A stretch of DNA of 64,000 nt from assembly GCA_964304625.1 (NCBI GenBank), contig OZ199838.1, positions 12,653,843-12,717,842 on the forward strand, given 5' to 3'. The notes under the pieces were generated by a model. The model was not told the origin of the DNA, did no database searches, and saw only the letters and a program-made list of their open reading frames with translations. Source of the stretch: Kudoa neothunni (lineage: Eukaryota; Animalia; Cnidaria). Positions 13,883 through 27,900 of the stretch are shown piece after piece. Every line of letters starts with the position of its first letter. The stretch's first letter is position 1. The translations under genes and the position numbers were made by a program.

Positions 13883-14360
13883 AATCAAACTAATTAATAG
13901 CAACTAGAAATTACGTCTGAGATACTTCTTAATCTTCTTATGAATAAACAATAGTTATATTAACAGTATGTTAATGAAATTTTAGCTCCAATTTAGAAAT
14001 AAATGTGTAACAAATGGATATGAGTAAATCATTACTAGTATTAAAATACGTCAACTTACTTCTTATCAAGATATAGTCTAATATTTCTTCTTTCATTAAT
14101 TAAACGTTTTTAATTTTTGATTAATTAAAGGAAAAAAACTAGAGGTATAAAAATTCGAATATCGTTTATCGTAATCACGCATGCGAGCATTATTCTCCAT
14201 GTATAGATAAGCTCAATATAATTAGAATATTCTTAATCCAAGAACAATTTGAGATGTAGCATATCTTGAGTTGAGACAATTTATGGTCCTAATGTGGTTA
14301 ATGATCAAGAATAAATCTGGGATTAATGCGGCGTGACACGCGCGCAAGAATAGTAAAGAG

Positions 14361-17300
14361 ATGGCGGACTTGACAAAAGGCGTTTTGATGGTATTTTTTT
14401 ATTAAAAATATTTTTTACTGTTTTTAGAGCATTTTCAAATGCACAGATATGAGCCAGCTTCACAATGAGCCGGTTCTACAGATTTTAGTATAGTCTCGTT
14501 AGTATACTATCAACTAATTGAATGTGTTTTTAGGGGTTCAAAAGAATAAATGCAGCCAACGAAAGATTTAGGTATTGTTTAACAATTTTAATTTCACCTA
14601 CTTCTACCGATTCTAGGGCTATCGTTTCTGATGGCATGTATATGTCAGGATGTGAGTTGTGAATTAAGCTGTGATTATTTTTATGGTTTTCTAGCTGCCC
14701 TACTCACTTCTCAGACATGTGAGTTGATCAATGATGGATCTGCCGAGATCAACTGTGTTGTAAGACTGCTCAAATATGCCGTTCACCAAATCCAGGAAAA
14801 GTACATTCGATAGGAGTTGCTTCCGGTGTTACTCTAAACTTGTAGAAAAGTGATACTGGTTTTAAATATGGAAGTTGTAAAAAAGGCATCCGAAGTTGGC
14901 GGGAAAATTGGAGACCCGCAAGCTCTCAAGGATACTGATATTGTCAGCGCTCCAACTCTTTCTACCACATTCCCATCATCCACGGTAGCGCCAACTGTAA
15001 GCAAATCTACAAATCCAGGTATTTGTACGTCTTTAAATTTCTACGAATGAAATTCACGTTCTCATAGGAGTGCCTGAAAATATTTCTCAAAAGATTCCCA
15101 AAACGTACTTTTCTACAACCTAGTTATCAAACTTTCGATTGTCAATATCAAATTTAATAGTAACGATGATTTGAATAAAAGTGCAAATTTGCACGCGAGC
15201 AATATATTCCCTATCAAAAGTCTGACTCCATATCAAAATAAGTAGATTAATTGGATAGATGTAAACGCTTGGTTGTAACTAGGTAAAAATTTGTAGGTGG
15301 ACAATTCGCGCAAGAGTTTCGCATAAGACTCCCGTAAAAACGTGGCAAAATTCGAGAGGCGAGGGCAAATTGTTTAGTGCGGAATTTTGTGATGAAAATG
15401 TACGTTCAAAGATTGATAGATAATTATATTTATTGATTATGATTAATGATTAATTGTGCTCAACTCCGACTATTGTTATTGTTTAGGGAGAAATTAGAGC
15501 TACTGGTTTTAATGATGCCGTCGATAGGTTCTATAATCTTCTTCAGCCTGGAAAAGTATTTTAGACAAACAACACACCCGTGCATGCAGATCAATATTGT
15601 CATGCATTTGTAGGTGTATTATATCAGCAAAGCCACTCTTAAAATCGCCAATAAAGCGTATTCTTCAGTGAAGAATGAATACGAAATGACTTTTCAAAGT
15701 GACACACTCATTGAACTGGTATATGCTTTGTGGGATGTTTTCAGTTGATATAACGTTGATGTTGATAGTGTGATGATGAAGATATTGATATACCTACCAT
15801 TCAGTATAACTTTATTAAAGTTGAAGATGTGGTGAATGTTGCGAAAGATTCGTTGATTGGTTATTTGATGTTGGTTCGAGCACAATTCAATTCCATTGTT
15901 TCTATTAGATTTGGTTGCTATTGTCAAAAGTGTGTCTGAACCTCAGAATATTTTAACCAAGTCAACAAATAAACAGTTGACCAAGCGTGAGCTTACTTTG
16001 GTGGATTCTTCCGAGAAATCCATTGTATTAACTGTGTGGGGTGATGAGGTATTTAGTTGATGCTATGGGAGGTTAGGATTAAGAGGTTTATTGTTACTAG
16101 GCATCTGGTGACGAATTCTCTACGGTAGGAAGTGTAGTAGCTTTCAAGGGACTAAAAGTTTCCGACTTTGCCGGTAACACACTGCGTCCATCACGTCATA
16201 AACGCGTGGCTTTCTGCGACTCAACTAATATAAATTATGATTAACATTGTTCAAATAGGTCGTTCATTGACCACTGTCTCATCGACTCACCACGAAATCA
16301 GTCCTGACGGAAAGGAAGCTCATGTTCTTATGGGATGGTATGACAACTATGGCAAAGATATAACGTTTACTCCTGTTGGTGCAAACAATTCGATGGATGG
16401 TATTTGGGAATTTTTGTTGTTTGACCAATTTTTTAATTTGTCGGGTTGTAGGATCCGCCGCACCATCCACCCAACATAAAATGTTACATCAAATTAAACT
16501 GGAAAATCTCGGTAGAGGGGAAAGGCCTGACTACTTGGCTACCACGGGAGTCATATTGACGATCAAATATGAAAATGCACTGTATAAGGTGCGTATTTTT
16601 ATAATTTTAAATCAGATCTAATATTAAACAAGACTGGGTTTATTAATAATTAATAAAAATTTCTATTAATACTTAAAACTATGATATTACTAATTTATTA
16701 TTATATATACTAAGATTAGTATTAATTTATTTTGTAACATTCCTTTTTTTAGAATAAATATTTAAAAATGAGATTGTTATAATTTTATGTTTTCTGGGAA
16801 TAATTAATTGAGAGAGAAAATTTTATGTAATCATGCGACTTTATTTGAAATATTTTTTTCGACTGGGAGTGTTTTTACTCAATCTACTAAGTTTACTACC
16901 TCACTTAGTTGTAGTGTCGTTTGATGTGAACCAAATTAGGTATGTTTTCTTGGCTGTAAGTAGATAAAAGCTATTAGTTTGGTATCTTTTCGTTAGTAGT
17001 TAAAAGATATTTGTTTAGTATCTTATCAGGAATGCAATGTTTTGTAACTAAAACTAAGCCGTGGTTTATTATTTTTCCTCCATTAGGCCTATTTTTAAGT
17101 TACATTCTTGAGCGGAAGCTGAAATAATGAATGTTTTTTTATATGCACTAGTTAATATGCTTATTATGTTATACAGATGCCAATCGATTTTTCACAATCC
17201 CTTCCGGACCATGAAAAAAGTGTGTAAAGTTGTTCGTAACCGATTTCAAACATTTATTATTTGCACGTGCACATAATAATCATACATCCAATTTTTAAAA

Positions 17301-19918
17301 TGTAAAATAACGAATTGACGTTCATTTTATTGATATAATCAAAATGAATAAAAATTCTATAGCAGACAAGAATACTTAGTTTTAATTTTTGAACAAATCA
17401 ACTATTTTGGATTGCCATATTTTAACCCACTTTGACGTTTGAACGTCTATTTCCAATTTTAACAATATTCGATACGATCTAAACTTTTTTAAACCAGTGG
17501 GATAACCTAATGCTTTTTTCGGGAAGGACCATTTAGGGTCGCTATATGTGATATGTCTTATAGTAGCTATCTTAATGTTTTTTAACATATTTTATGAATT
17601 TGTATTTTTCTCCTAATGTTCTTATGTTTTTACCTACACTTATCGCTATATTTCTAATTTTACTGGGGAAAATGCAATATTAATCAACAGAGTGCCTGGA
17701 AAAAGCGTACTAAATCGATGCATCACGTGATTTTCGGTATATATTTGTCATCATTTACAGGCAATTAATTGAACCATAATTATCGTTGAGATGAATATGT
17801 TTGTTTATATAAACATTTAAAACATTTAGAATTAGAATTAAATAATTTCACAAAATATGTGCGAAATCGATTACTAACGGTATTTATATTTTTCTAATTT
17901 TAATGTTAAGGTTTGGAAATATTTGAGGTATAAAATATATCGATCTAAATTACTGTATCTGTAAAATCTTCGACTAGAAATAAATAACCATCTACAAGTG
18001 ACTTAATATCATTTAATCCAAAATACTAAAGTATATATATATATGTCGAAATAACGCGCTCATATCCTTTCCTAATCATTTAATGCAGGCTATTCGCATG
18101 GCAAATTTTAATCCCAAACGGCATGTACATGTGCGCCTTGACAATTTTGATTTTAGCAACTTTTATTTACAAGTTTTTAGTTATACGCGAATAACATTTT
18201 TAGAGCCTGTTACATTTAATTATTTCTACCCTACCGTCTCACTTTTCGTTTAGAGTCTCGAAATAATTAAATGTAGTCAAAGCTAGTTCCCCTGAATATT
18301 ATTTACCGTGAAAATGGCCACTTTCTAATTATTTACTTCTAAATATGAAATCGAATATATATGCGTGTATATATCCAAGCCATCTCGTCGAATTATTGCC
18401 TTTAACATATGGTTGACTTCTATCTTTGATAGAGAACCGCGCCACTTTAATTTTGTTTGTGTGAACATCCCAACATTAATCGGACCTCGTCTCGTGTCAT
18501 GGACAATTGCCTTGTGAACGGAAAAATAAATTTTTAAATTATTGTAGTCTCTCCACATATCTTTTCGTTTAATTGAACCTTCTTCAACATTTTCCACTAT
18601 AATTCTGTCGATATACAAATATTTCCATTTTTATATCGGGATATCTTTAAAAAACAATCTCATCGATTCCACCCATTATTCAGTACATTCAATATTGCCG
18701 ATTTTTTTGAATATAGCCAATATTAAACTTTCGTTTTTTAATACCGATTTTGCTATTAAAAACCATCCCGCTATTACCTATTCTTAAGGGTTCATTATTC
18801 ATTTTCTAATCCACGAATTCTCGTACAATATTTGTCCATTACATGATTGTTGAATATGTTGAAATATGAAGGTACTGTCGAAGTTGATCGTGGAATATAG
18901 TTAGATGTTGGTTATTTTACAGCACGAGAATAAATAACTTTAATTCAACAAATGGAGCGTTATCAATTCAAAATTAGTTCTAAATCGGATGGGGTGACTT
19001 TTTTGACATTTCTTACACTTAAATTGACTTTTATCTCCGGTATGTTTCTTTAGGAACTAGTCATACTATCTCTGCACACGTATTTGCAAAAGCTAACACA
19101 CCAAGATTTGCCAAACTTTTAATTTTATGCTCGAAAACAATTATAACGAATTATTAAAATCTCATATTTTCTAATGTAAATGGGGTCTTTTGGTTTTTTT
19201 CGCGCGGAAATTCTCTGAACATCGCTTAGAACTGTGCAGATACTGTAATTTAGCATAAATTATATTTAATCTAGTTTTTTTCTTTCTGATTCAAGTCATA
19301 TTAATTTTTAATGCCTTAAATTGGGGGTTTTGTGTTAAATTAATGATTTATAATTTACTAGGCTTGTCCTACGCCCAACTGCAATAAAAAATTAACCGAA
19401 GAACCAAACTTCCGTTGTGAAAAGTGTAATCGCCAATTTGATACCTTCGTCTATCGACTAATGTTGAATGTAATTCGGTTTAATTGGTTGTTATTATTTA
19501 AATCTGCGTTAGTGCCAAGTGGCTGATTCTTCCAACTCGCAATGGGTCACATTCTTTCATGATACTGCCGAGAAATTGCTTGAGAAATCTGCCGATGAGA
19601 TTGGCCAACTGAAAGATAGTGAAGAGGTCGGTGTTTGTGTGTATAGCATTTTAGTTGAATTTATTTTTTTAGAATCAACTGGCTTACGAAGAGGTGTTTA
19701 GTCGTCAACGTCTTGTCCACAAAACATTCAGATTGCGCTTCAAAGCAGACTCATTTAATGTAACTTAATTTTTCAGGATGTCGCGTCATTTTTAATGTAA
19801 AATACATTCTTAGGATGAGGAACGTGTGAGATGCAGCTGCGTGGACGTGAAACCAATAGATTTTGTCGGCGAATGCCAAAATCTACTCAAACGCATTGCC
19901 CAATTGTCTGCAGCATAA
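14361..19918 (+). CDS. RPA1: Replication protein A 70 kDa subunit
   Basis: Many short exons: [69 protein letters not shown]...RCEKC zinc finger, [14 protein letters not shown]. One large intron at 16589-19361. Confidence 0.96.
18325..18850 (-). mobile_element. Merlin/IS1595-type transposase relic inside the large RPA1 intron
   Basis: Degraded frames give KRKFNIG and [23 protein letters not shown]...HKAIVH, resembling DDE_Tnp_IS1595 motifs (KRKYNRG; I...V..GS.I.TD.W..Y..L...H..VNH). Confidence 0.6.
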
Positions 19919-20063
19919 CAACGAAAATATTAACTGTTGTCTATTTTGATCAAAGTGTACATTGTTTTGTGCGCGTGAGAAACGAGAGCGTTTAATTACT
20001 CAAGAAATATTGGATGCAGTTTATATTTATTTATCTACTCACTAACAACATCAATCGAGAGAG

Positions 20064-20544
20064 TTAGAGTGTGTTTTCTTTGGCTACAAATTCGCCCCAT
20101 TTTTCGGATGTCTTAGAGAATCCCTACATTCAATAACATATTAGTTAGACTGTGCTGACAAGCTAAATATCCTTACGAGATCTTTAATCATTTGGCAGGT
20201 TTCTTTGGTCATATTGTCACGGCTACACAACACAGACTCTGATGGAACATAGTTGTCTCTTCTTTCACGTTCCTCTTCCTGGAGTTTAATAGAGATACCA
20301 CGGACTGGTCCCTTTTGAATTCTCTTCATCAGATGAGTAGCGTATCCGGCGATCTTGTTTCTTAGACGCTTAGATGGAATAATAGCAACCTGAGAACAGA
20401 TTCTTTTGTTCTCGTGAAAGTCCAAACTCAAAATTGGATAATTCTTTTCGATAATGGCTTTTGCAGCTCTTTTAACTGTTTTAGTTCTAACGTATCCACC
20501 CTAGAATAAATTTAGAAAAAGAGAGGACAGAAAAACGTCACCAT
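20064..20544 (-). CDS. RPS17: 40S ribosomal protein S17 (eS17)
   Basis: ATG-only first exon, then [21 protein letters not shown]...[44 protein letters not shown]. Short last exon ends with the stop at 20064-20066. Confidence 0.97.
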
Positions 20545-21009
20545 TTATGCCGTACAACAGGAACACGAGGTATGTCGCCTCCACGATGGTTACCGACAAT
20601 ATTAACTCAGTGTGTTGTACAATTTTCGGCTTGAAAATCCATCCAACTACGTATAGTAACCATTTATCGAATTTAAATAATACATTAAAATATGATGGAA
20701 ACTAATAATGTTACTTTTTAAAACATAAAGGGATTTTACGTATCGTTTTAATTTGGATTGGTAGTGTTTCTGAAAATATGCGATATTTTTATCGGGCGAT
20801 AGCACAATTTGTTTCCTAACAAAAAGCGAATGTTTAAAAAATATGGTCTCTCCTCATCGTTTTTTCCCACATCGGTTAAATAATATGCTCTTATACTTTT
20901 TAGGATATTTAATCGAAAAAGAAATTGTAAAAAACGCAATTAGAAATATTTAGTTAGTTTCTTAATGGCGGAATAGGACTTTTCTTCCTTCAGTTATTCT
21001 TTGCAAGTA

Positions 21010-21726
21010 CAGTGAGTGACCGGTTTTACGCACTTTTTATAAAGAAACACAATTTGAATAATCCAATGTATAATCAATGTACAATCAATATACAATATTT
21101 TTTAATGTTTTACCAAAGAATTTGTATCAAAATAAAATAATAAGGTTTGGAAATTTCCAGATTGCTGATCACGTGACTGTATAGTTTTAAGCACTTTTTT
21201 CGGAAAGTTTTTGAAAAAAATAGATGAGTTTTGTTTAATGCTCGAAAGAACATTAAATGAAATGAAAGAAAATCAAAACAAAACATGAAATAATAAAATA
21301 CGTCCATTATATTTCCCCAATAGCAGCCATATTTGTTACTATAAAGCATCAGACATATCTTCCATATCCAGCACCTTAACAACATAAAGAAAATTTTTAA
21401 ATGATTGAGCACAAATCGATTATTGTCCTCATTTTCGAATTTATTAAAATGAGTTTGACAAAAAGATCGATCGATCGATCATGATCGCGATGGTGAATGT
21501 TATATTTCAAGTACTTGGACGAATTTTTTGTGACAAAAACAATTAATTATTTTATTTCTAGGCGAAAAAAATTATTTTTTTCTTAAATGTATGCAGTTCA
21601 ATTATATTAAATAGCTACGTATATTATTATATGCGCGTGCTAATAAATGCGTAAAACTGGACGTTACCAATTTCACACGCCTTTCCCCTGGTCACGAGGG
21701 GATTACGTAAAGCCGGTCACTGACTG
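21010..21726. mobile_element. Tc1/pogo-like MITE
   Basis: TA then CAGTGAGTGACCGGTTTTACG at left, inverted CGTAAAGCCGGTCACTGACTG at right. The right subterminal (TACGTAATCCCCTCG on the minus strand) resembles 46080-46120 and 58620-58660. Confidence 0.65.
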
Positions 21727-23401
21727 GATTACGTTTCGAATCCTTACGTGCTCTCGTTAACAGATCTATATCTATGTTTTAATTCAGTAAGTTTTTGATT
21801 TTTTAATTGTTTTAAAATTTTTTGTGTGTTTATCGTTAAATATTATGTTTCAACGAAACAATGTAAGAATAATAAAATAAGGTGTGAATGCATTTAGTGA
21901 TTAGATCAGTGTTCTCCTACAAATTTTACACTCGTACCCCCATGCTAATTTCCCCGCTCACTTTACACCCTCTCCTCCACGTAAAAGTCAAAGCTTAGTT
22001 TTACCTATTATTTAAATGCGAAATTAATAATACCAGTAAAAACGTTATTAAATTATACTTTTTATTATTTTGAATGATATTTTAACTTGCTAATTTCCTT
22101 AATTATTTTTTAAAATGCATTAATTTAAACTAAATTTTTTTGGTTAACTCAATTTTCTACGCACAACTGAAAAAGATAAAATATCTTTTTCTGCCTCATG
22201 ACTTAACACCCAACGATTGAAGCTATTATTTATTCCTGCTTGAGCATACCATTTTTATGTAAAGTGATAAACAATTCTAATTAAAAAATGTTATTATAAT
22301 TATTTCCAAATATTAGAAACAAAACATTTACATAAAGTAGTACTAGATTATACTAATAAAAATGATAGTCGCTTGATTAAATTCTGTAATTAAGGGAGAA
22401 ATTTAAATTGGTCAAATAACTATAACAAATCCATATAGTTTCAAAAAATTCAACATTTGAAAAAATGATATTTGGTATTTAATTGATCTGGCGGTTTTCT
22501 CGCTCTCGCCGGTTTTTATAAGTAATTCAAAGCATGACACATTTTTGGTAAATAATACTTGAAAATCGTTTGGGGGTTCAAGGAAGTCTGATACTTTTTA
22601 TTTGTATACATTAAAGTCGAGGAGCCTGCTTTATATACCATCTTGATGCTGAAGAAACTTAGCGAATTCCTTATTCTCTATTGAGTCAGATTTTAATTTA
22701 AACATTGAAGCGATGGATTAAGAAGAATTCAGAAAATTCCAAACAGATGCCTTCATAATGTACCTAAATAAAAATAACTAATATATCCTGTTAAAAATGG
22801 CAATCATTTATTTAAGGGTACAAATGGATGCGCTGATTTTTGTTTTACCGACGTTTTTCAATACATTTACCTAAAATCCGTGACGGAGGTTTGGTAAAAA
22901 TTCAAACATAAAACTTAAAATATAACATAATAAAGAATACACAATTAAATGCTGGATCTCAAATTTAGGCAGAAGATAAAGTTAAAATCACATTGGGGTT
23001 TTATTTTTAAGGATATAGATTATTTCTAAATAGATAAAAATGTTGACAACCTAATTATAACTTAAGCATATAAATATGCTACTTTAAAAATATCAAAGTT
23101 CCAAGTTTAAATGAAAACAACGAGTGTTAGATTTTGTTCGTAGAACAGGCTTAATATAAACTATTATCTCACTGCTCCATCTTGTACAATCAAATAAAAT
23201 AAAGTTATAAATTAGACAAAATTTCATATCTCATTTTTTGAATAGTAATTAATTGCTAACAAAACAATCAAAAATATTATTACACGCATTACGTCCTTAC
23301 ATGATTTAAACGGGGATTAACGAAAATTAAGAAATTAATAAATTAAGATTAATTTTTAAATTTATTCTAGAATGACTCCCGCATCCTTGGGGGAAAACAC
23401 C

Positions 23402-23932
23402 AATTTAGATCTATAACTTGTATCAAATAAAGATGTGAATACACGAATAATTGTAGTGATTGTACGTGAGGATAAAACATTAAAGTCGAAACTACCCTAC
23501 CTCAGGGTGTGGATGAAAATTCTGAATGCAAATGGAAATTAATACAGTGGGATGTTGTTGAAAAACCAGTTGTAAAAAATGCATGGCTATGATCAAAGTT
23601 GTACTGAATTCCCATCTTGTAAGGATATCTCAATTTCTGATGTTGAAGATAACAATGATTATCGAGTGAGAGTAATTCTTAGCACCGATGAGAAAATTTT
23701 TGGAATCGCTATAATATATGGAGGTAATTCTAAATTTATCATATTTTGATAATTTCTATAATCAATATATAGGAGAAAACCAAGAAAATCATTGTACCTT
23801 CAAGTGTATATTACAATTTTTATATATTTTTTAGGTCAAAGAATACAATGTAGTCAAAGACTTAGTTGTGTTAGTGCTTATTGGAATAGTATTTTACTTT
23901 GAAAATTTGAAAACAAAAAATTGGAAAGATAA
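23402..23932 (+). pseudogene. Frameshifted 3' fragment (last Cys-FN3 repeat plus TM exons) of a paralog of the 24915-27925 surface protein
   Basis: Reads IVVIVREDKTLK-ETTLPQGVDENSECKW...C..FPSCKDISISDVEDNNDYRVRV...G, then two small exons ending in hydrophobic LVVLVLIGIVFYF. Homologous to the intact gene's ITIVRDNESF...NENSKCKW...CRTFPSCKSFTINGVADGNSYHLIV. Contains stops and indels. Confidence 0.8.
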
Positions 23933-24914
23933 GCTTTAATTAGACACAACAAACTTAATTTATTTATTATATAATTCAAATTATTCTTTGAAATACGTGG
24001 ATGAGTTCTTATGAATTATTCTTTGGTTTTACTAGAGCAGCTGGTATTTTACCCTTCATAAATATCATCGAACGAAACAAATGTCATTCTCTTATCCCAA
24101 ATTCACGCAACTGAACGTAATGATAATCTTTTTCTTTAATGAGCATTATTATAGTATTAAATTATTTGGTTCGTTTTTGTAATATTTTTGTTGAGACTTT
24201 TGAGTTGTTGAATAAAAATACTTTGAGGAGAAACCCACTTTCAAAGTTATTAAATAAAAGAAGCAATTCAAACCTTTTTGAAATTAGTAATAAAAAATAG
24301 TATAGATGATTGCTTGTTTACCAACTATAAAAATATTTTTCACATTAGTCAACTATAAGGGAACAAACATTTTAGTCTCTTTTGCAGATTGACTAATTTT
24401 CGAATTCAGTTATTTTATAGTAACTCTTCACTACATTCTTCGCGATATTTTTCAACCTAATCTCATGCTTATATTCAATGGAAATAAATTAATCCTAAAA
24501 TTATGCCATTTCATTGAAACTTCCCATTTTGCGATGTGCAGACGATATCGGGTGGAATTTTCATTATTAAATATCAAAGAATCATTTTTTTAACTGTTAC
24601 TTATGTAAATAAACTTTTCTGTAATAAAGATAGCGGTTACTTGAAAGGTATAAAACGTACACTTTAACGGCCCGTTTTAGGGAAATCTAAACAATCTGAT
24701 TCATATTCTGAGAGTTTTGTTCTATCTAATTAAGTTTTTTGTATACGAAATGATCCAAATAAAAACTATAATGAAAATATGATCTTAATAGTTTTGTTTC
24801 TCCAGCGTATAATGATAAAATGAAATAAAAAAAGTCCCATAATTAATATTCATCACAAATTTTATCTAATTTGAAAATAATTCATAAATGTAAATTTTAT
24901 TTGATATCTGAAGG

Positions 24915-27900
24915 TTAATTTTTCTTTTTGAAAATCATGAATCCGATTGCCCCAACAATCAGAACTCCGACTACCGCTAAAACTATTATTCTAAAATAAT
25001 TTTATGTAAATCATGAATAAATTTTCAATCGTTACATAATAAGGGTCTTGGAACTAAATAATAGATTATACGATTATTATTGTAATAAAGAAACCTTGAA
25101 CTGCTTTTGGCACCTAATAATAATAATTTAATATATCATCAATTAAATAAAGTTTTACCTTGTTCAATTACAGCCTCACCATAAGTTGATGAATCGCTAG
25201 AGCTGTAAACAATCAAGTGATAGCTATTACCGTCTGCCACCCCGTTAATAGTAAAGGATTTGCATGATGGGAAAGTTCTACATCCAGTATCCCTTGGACT
25301 CATGCATTGTTTCACTATTGGCATCGACTTGGCACTTGAATTACGCAACTCCCACTTACATTTCGAATTTTCATTCAGACTAGATGGTAATATGTTCTCT
25401 ATACTGAATGACTCATTATCTCTTACTATTGTTATAAATATGACTTTTTCCTTTTCTGTTGGATTTCCCTTTGGAGCAGCTATTACATTATGTTAATATT
25501 CCTGTATCCGAAAATATTAGTTACTGGCCACTAGGGTGATTTCATTGGTTGAAGATTTTCCCACTGCAGTAATCAACACCTTATATTCGTCTTTCGCGTC
25601 ATAATCATGGAATATAATTGAACTGCATAATGGAGGCTTTACACACATGCTTGAGTCTTGAGGAACCGTTGTTGTAGCAGCTGTGGTAGTTGTTACAGGA
25701 TTATTTGTTGATGTTCCTCCAGCTCTTGCGATCTCTGATTTAATAACTATTGATGGAAGCCTAGGAGGTTGGATGGCGCCAGCGTTCAGTTGGTCGAGAT
25801 TAGGTTTGGAACCATTTTGTGTGTCTTGTGGAGTATTAGGAATCTGTGGAGCGGTTGATGGTATCTTGGGTTCCTCACATGTATAAATATTATCGAACTT
25901 GTCGTTTTTCTTAACTTGGATTGTATAATGACAGATGGCTTCTGGGACTTTTTTTGACAATTGTGCATTCAACTCCAAACCTCGTTCAGTGTATTTTGAA
26001 GTTATTGTGAGGGTTGACAAACCTAGTAGGAAATAATTTATTATTCATCTCAATATTATACCTGTCAAAACATTGGCATAAACATGTTCGCCATAATCTT
26101 TGTCAGCAACAACTTTGACATCATAAGAAGTATTCGGCTCAAGATCAACGATGGTTATTGACTCTCTACATCTTCCTCTACAAGGGTTCGTCTTAATGCA
26201 TGTGGCGGCGTAAAACGTATTTTTTCTTGTTGGGCTTATATAGTACTCACAATTAGGTTCCTTTTTTTTATCGGTTTCTGGGGTACCTCCAATAGCTTTC
26301 AGTGTGGTTGTTGAATCTGTTTTTGTTGGAACTGTTGTTTCGAAGATTATATTATTACCTTTTTTTTCTTTATAAAACTTATAGATTTAATAATTTTTTG
26401 TTATTAATTATTTACCTGTCCTTATAAGTATTTGTTCCTTGAATGGAGTCGGACTTGTAATTCCAGTAGATTCAATTTCAATAATATAAGGTTTCCCTGC
26501 AGCTAGGCCCGCAATCACCAACTTCTCGCACGTATCTTTGCAGGAGGTTCCAGGGCTACTAGTTTCGGCGGTACACTTAGGCGCAGTAGGTGTAATTGTT
26601 TTAATTTTGTCAGCCGCATAATGTTTGAGTGTGCAAGTCTCAAATTTAGTAACACCGGTAGCTACCGGCTTTAAGAATGCCCCATTCAATGATACACCTT
26701 CATTTGTAAAGTCGGACAATAATCCTACTTCAGTTTCAGTAATCGCTATAAAAAAATCATAAATATTATTATTCATCACATAAATACCAAATTTATTCTG
26801 TTGAAATCCATCCATATTTGAAGCGACAGTCTTTGTAAGATCGTGTTTTTTGGTTTGAATTAAGACTTTATATATTTCTTTTGCTGAAGTTATGGTAAGT
26901 TCAATGTCCTTACATAGTGCGTAACACTTTCCTTCCGCATTTCCGCATTTAGATTCGAATGACTGACTATCTCCTGCAGTTGTTCCATCTTTAATATTGA
27001 ACACACAAATTTCAGAAGATAGCATTGAACCGGTGAATTTAATTACAACTTTGGTATCATCTCCTGTCTTTTTTGTTAGATAATACTGAGGCTCGTAAAT
27101 AGCAATATTGTTCTTCATATATGCATTTGGCATACGATAAAAGAAACTGGGGTAGTTCGTACATCTCATCTCATAATGAGGTATCAGCAAATCGAATTCC
27201 ACTGCCATTGATTTAGCTGTATCACACGAACTTTCTTTTAAACCATCTTGGAACTCGGCATCCTTGTAATAGATGGGGCAATTGACTGGAGTACAAGTTT
27301 TCGTTGAAAACGTAAGTTTCTTATCGCTACCCAGGGATATTGCTACTCGAGGATTTACCAGCAATGCTAAATATAACTCACTAATTTAGTTTTATTATTT
27401 ATATATTATTACGTGTAGCCAAACCAAATACTTTTCCACCTTTTTTATACTCATCTTCATGAATATTGGCAGTTGTATCGCCATCTTTTACGTAAATGTA
27501 TTTGGTTCTTGGTGAAAACAGGTCGTAAGAAATCTTGCTATCTTGTTTATCGCAGTCGATAATGCACTTACTTGAATGAGCGCTCTGGTGTCCAGGACAA
27601 CTAGCAATTTCTATAAAATCGGCTGGTGGTATACTGTTAGCGGCTAAAATTTCTGCTTCGTTCGATCTCAATATACGACACTTTTTATTAGTCACATATT
27701 TGGTGCCACCAAGTGTATGTTTAAAAAGATAACTTTTAGTAGAAGGAGGAGTAGTAGTAATACTATCATAGACAATCTGGTACGTTAATGTAGCTTCTGG
27801 TGCTGGGGATGCTTTCTTCGGACTCACCAACAGTAATGCGTTGAGCAGAACTAATATAAATGTGATTAATAGAGTAATATTAGTTATGTACTAAACAAGA

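Noticed and set aside
21465-21490. GATC tandem run / palindrome
   Set aside because: A short microsatellite inside a MITE with no other support for function.
25480-25525. In-frame TAA suggesting stop-codon reassignment in the surface protein
   Set aside because: The stops fall within a normal ~45-nt phase-1 GT-AG intron; conserved genes here end in standard stop codons.
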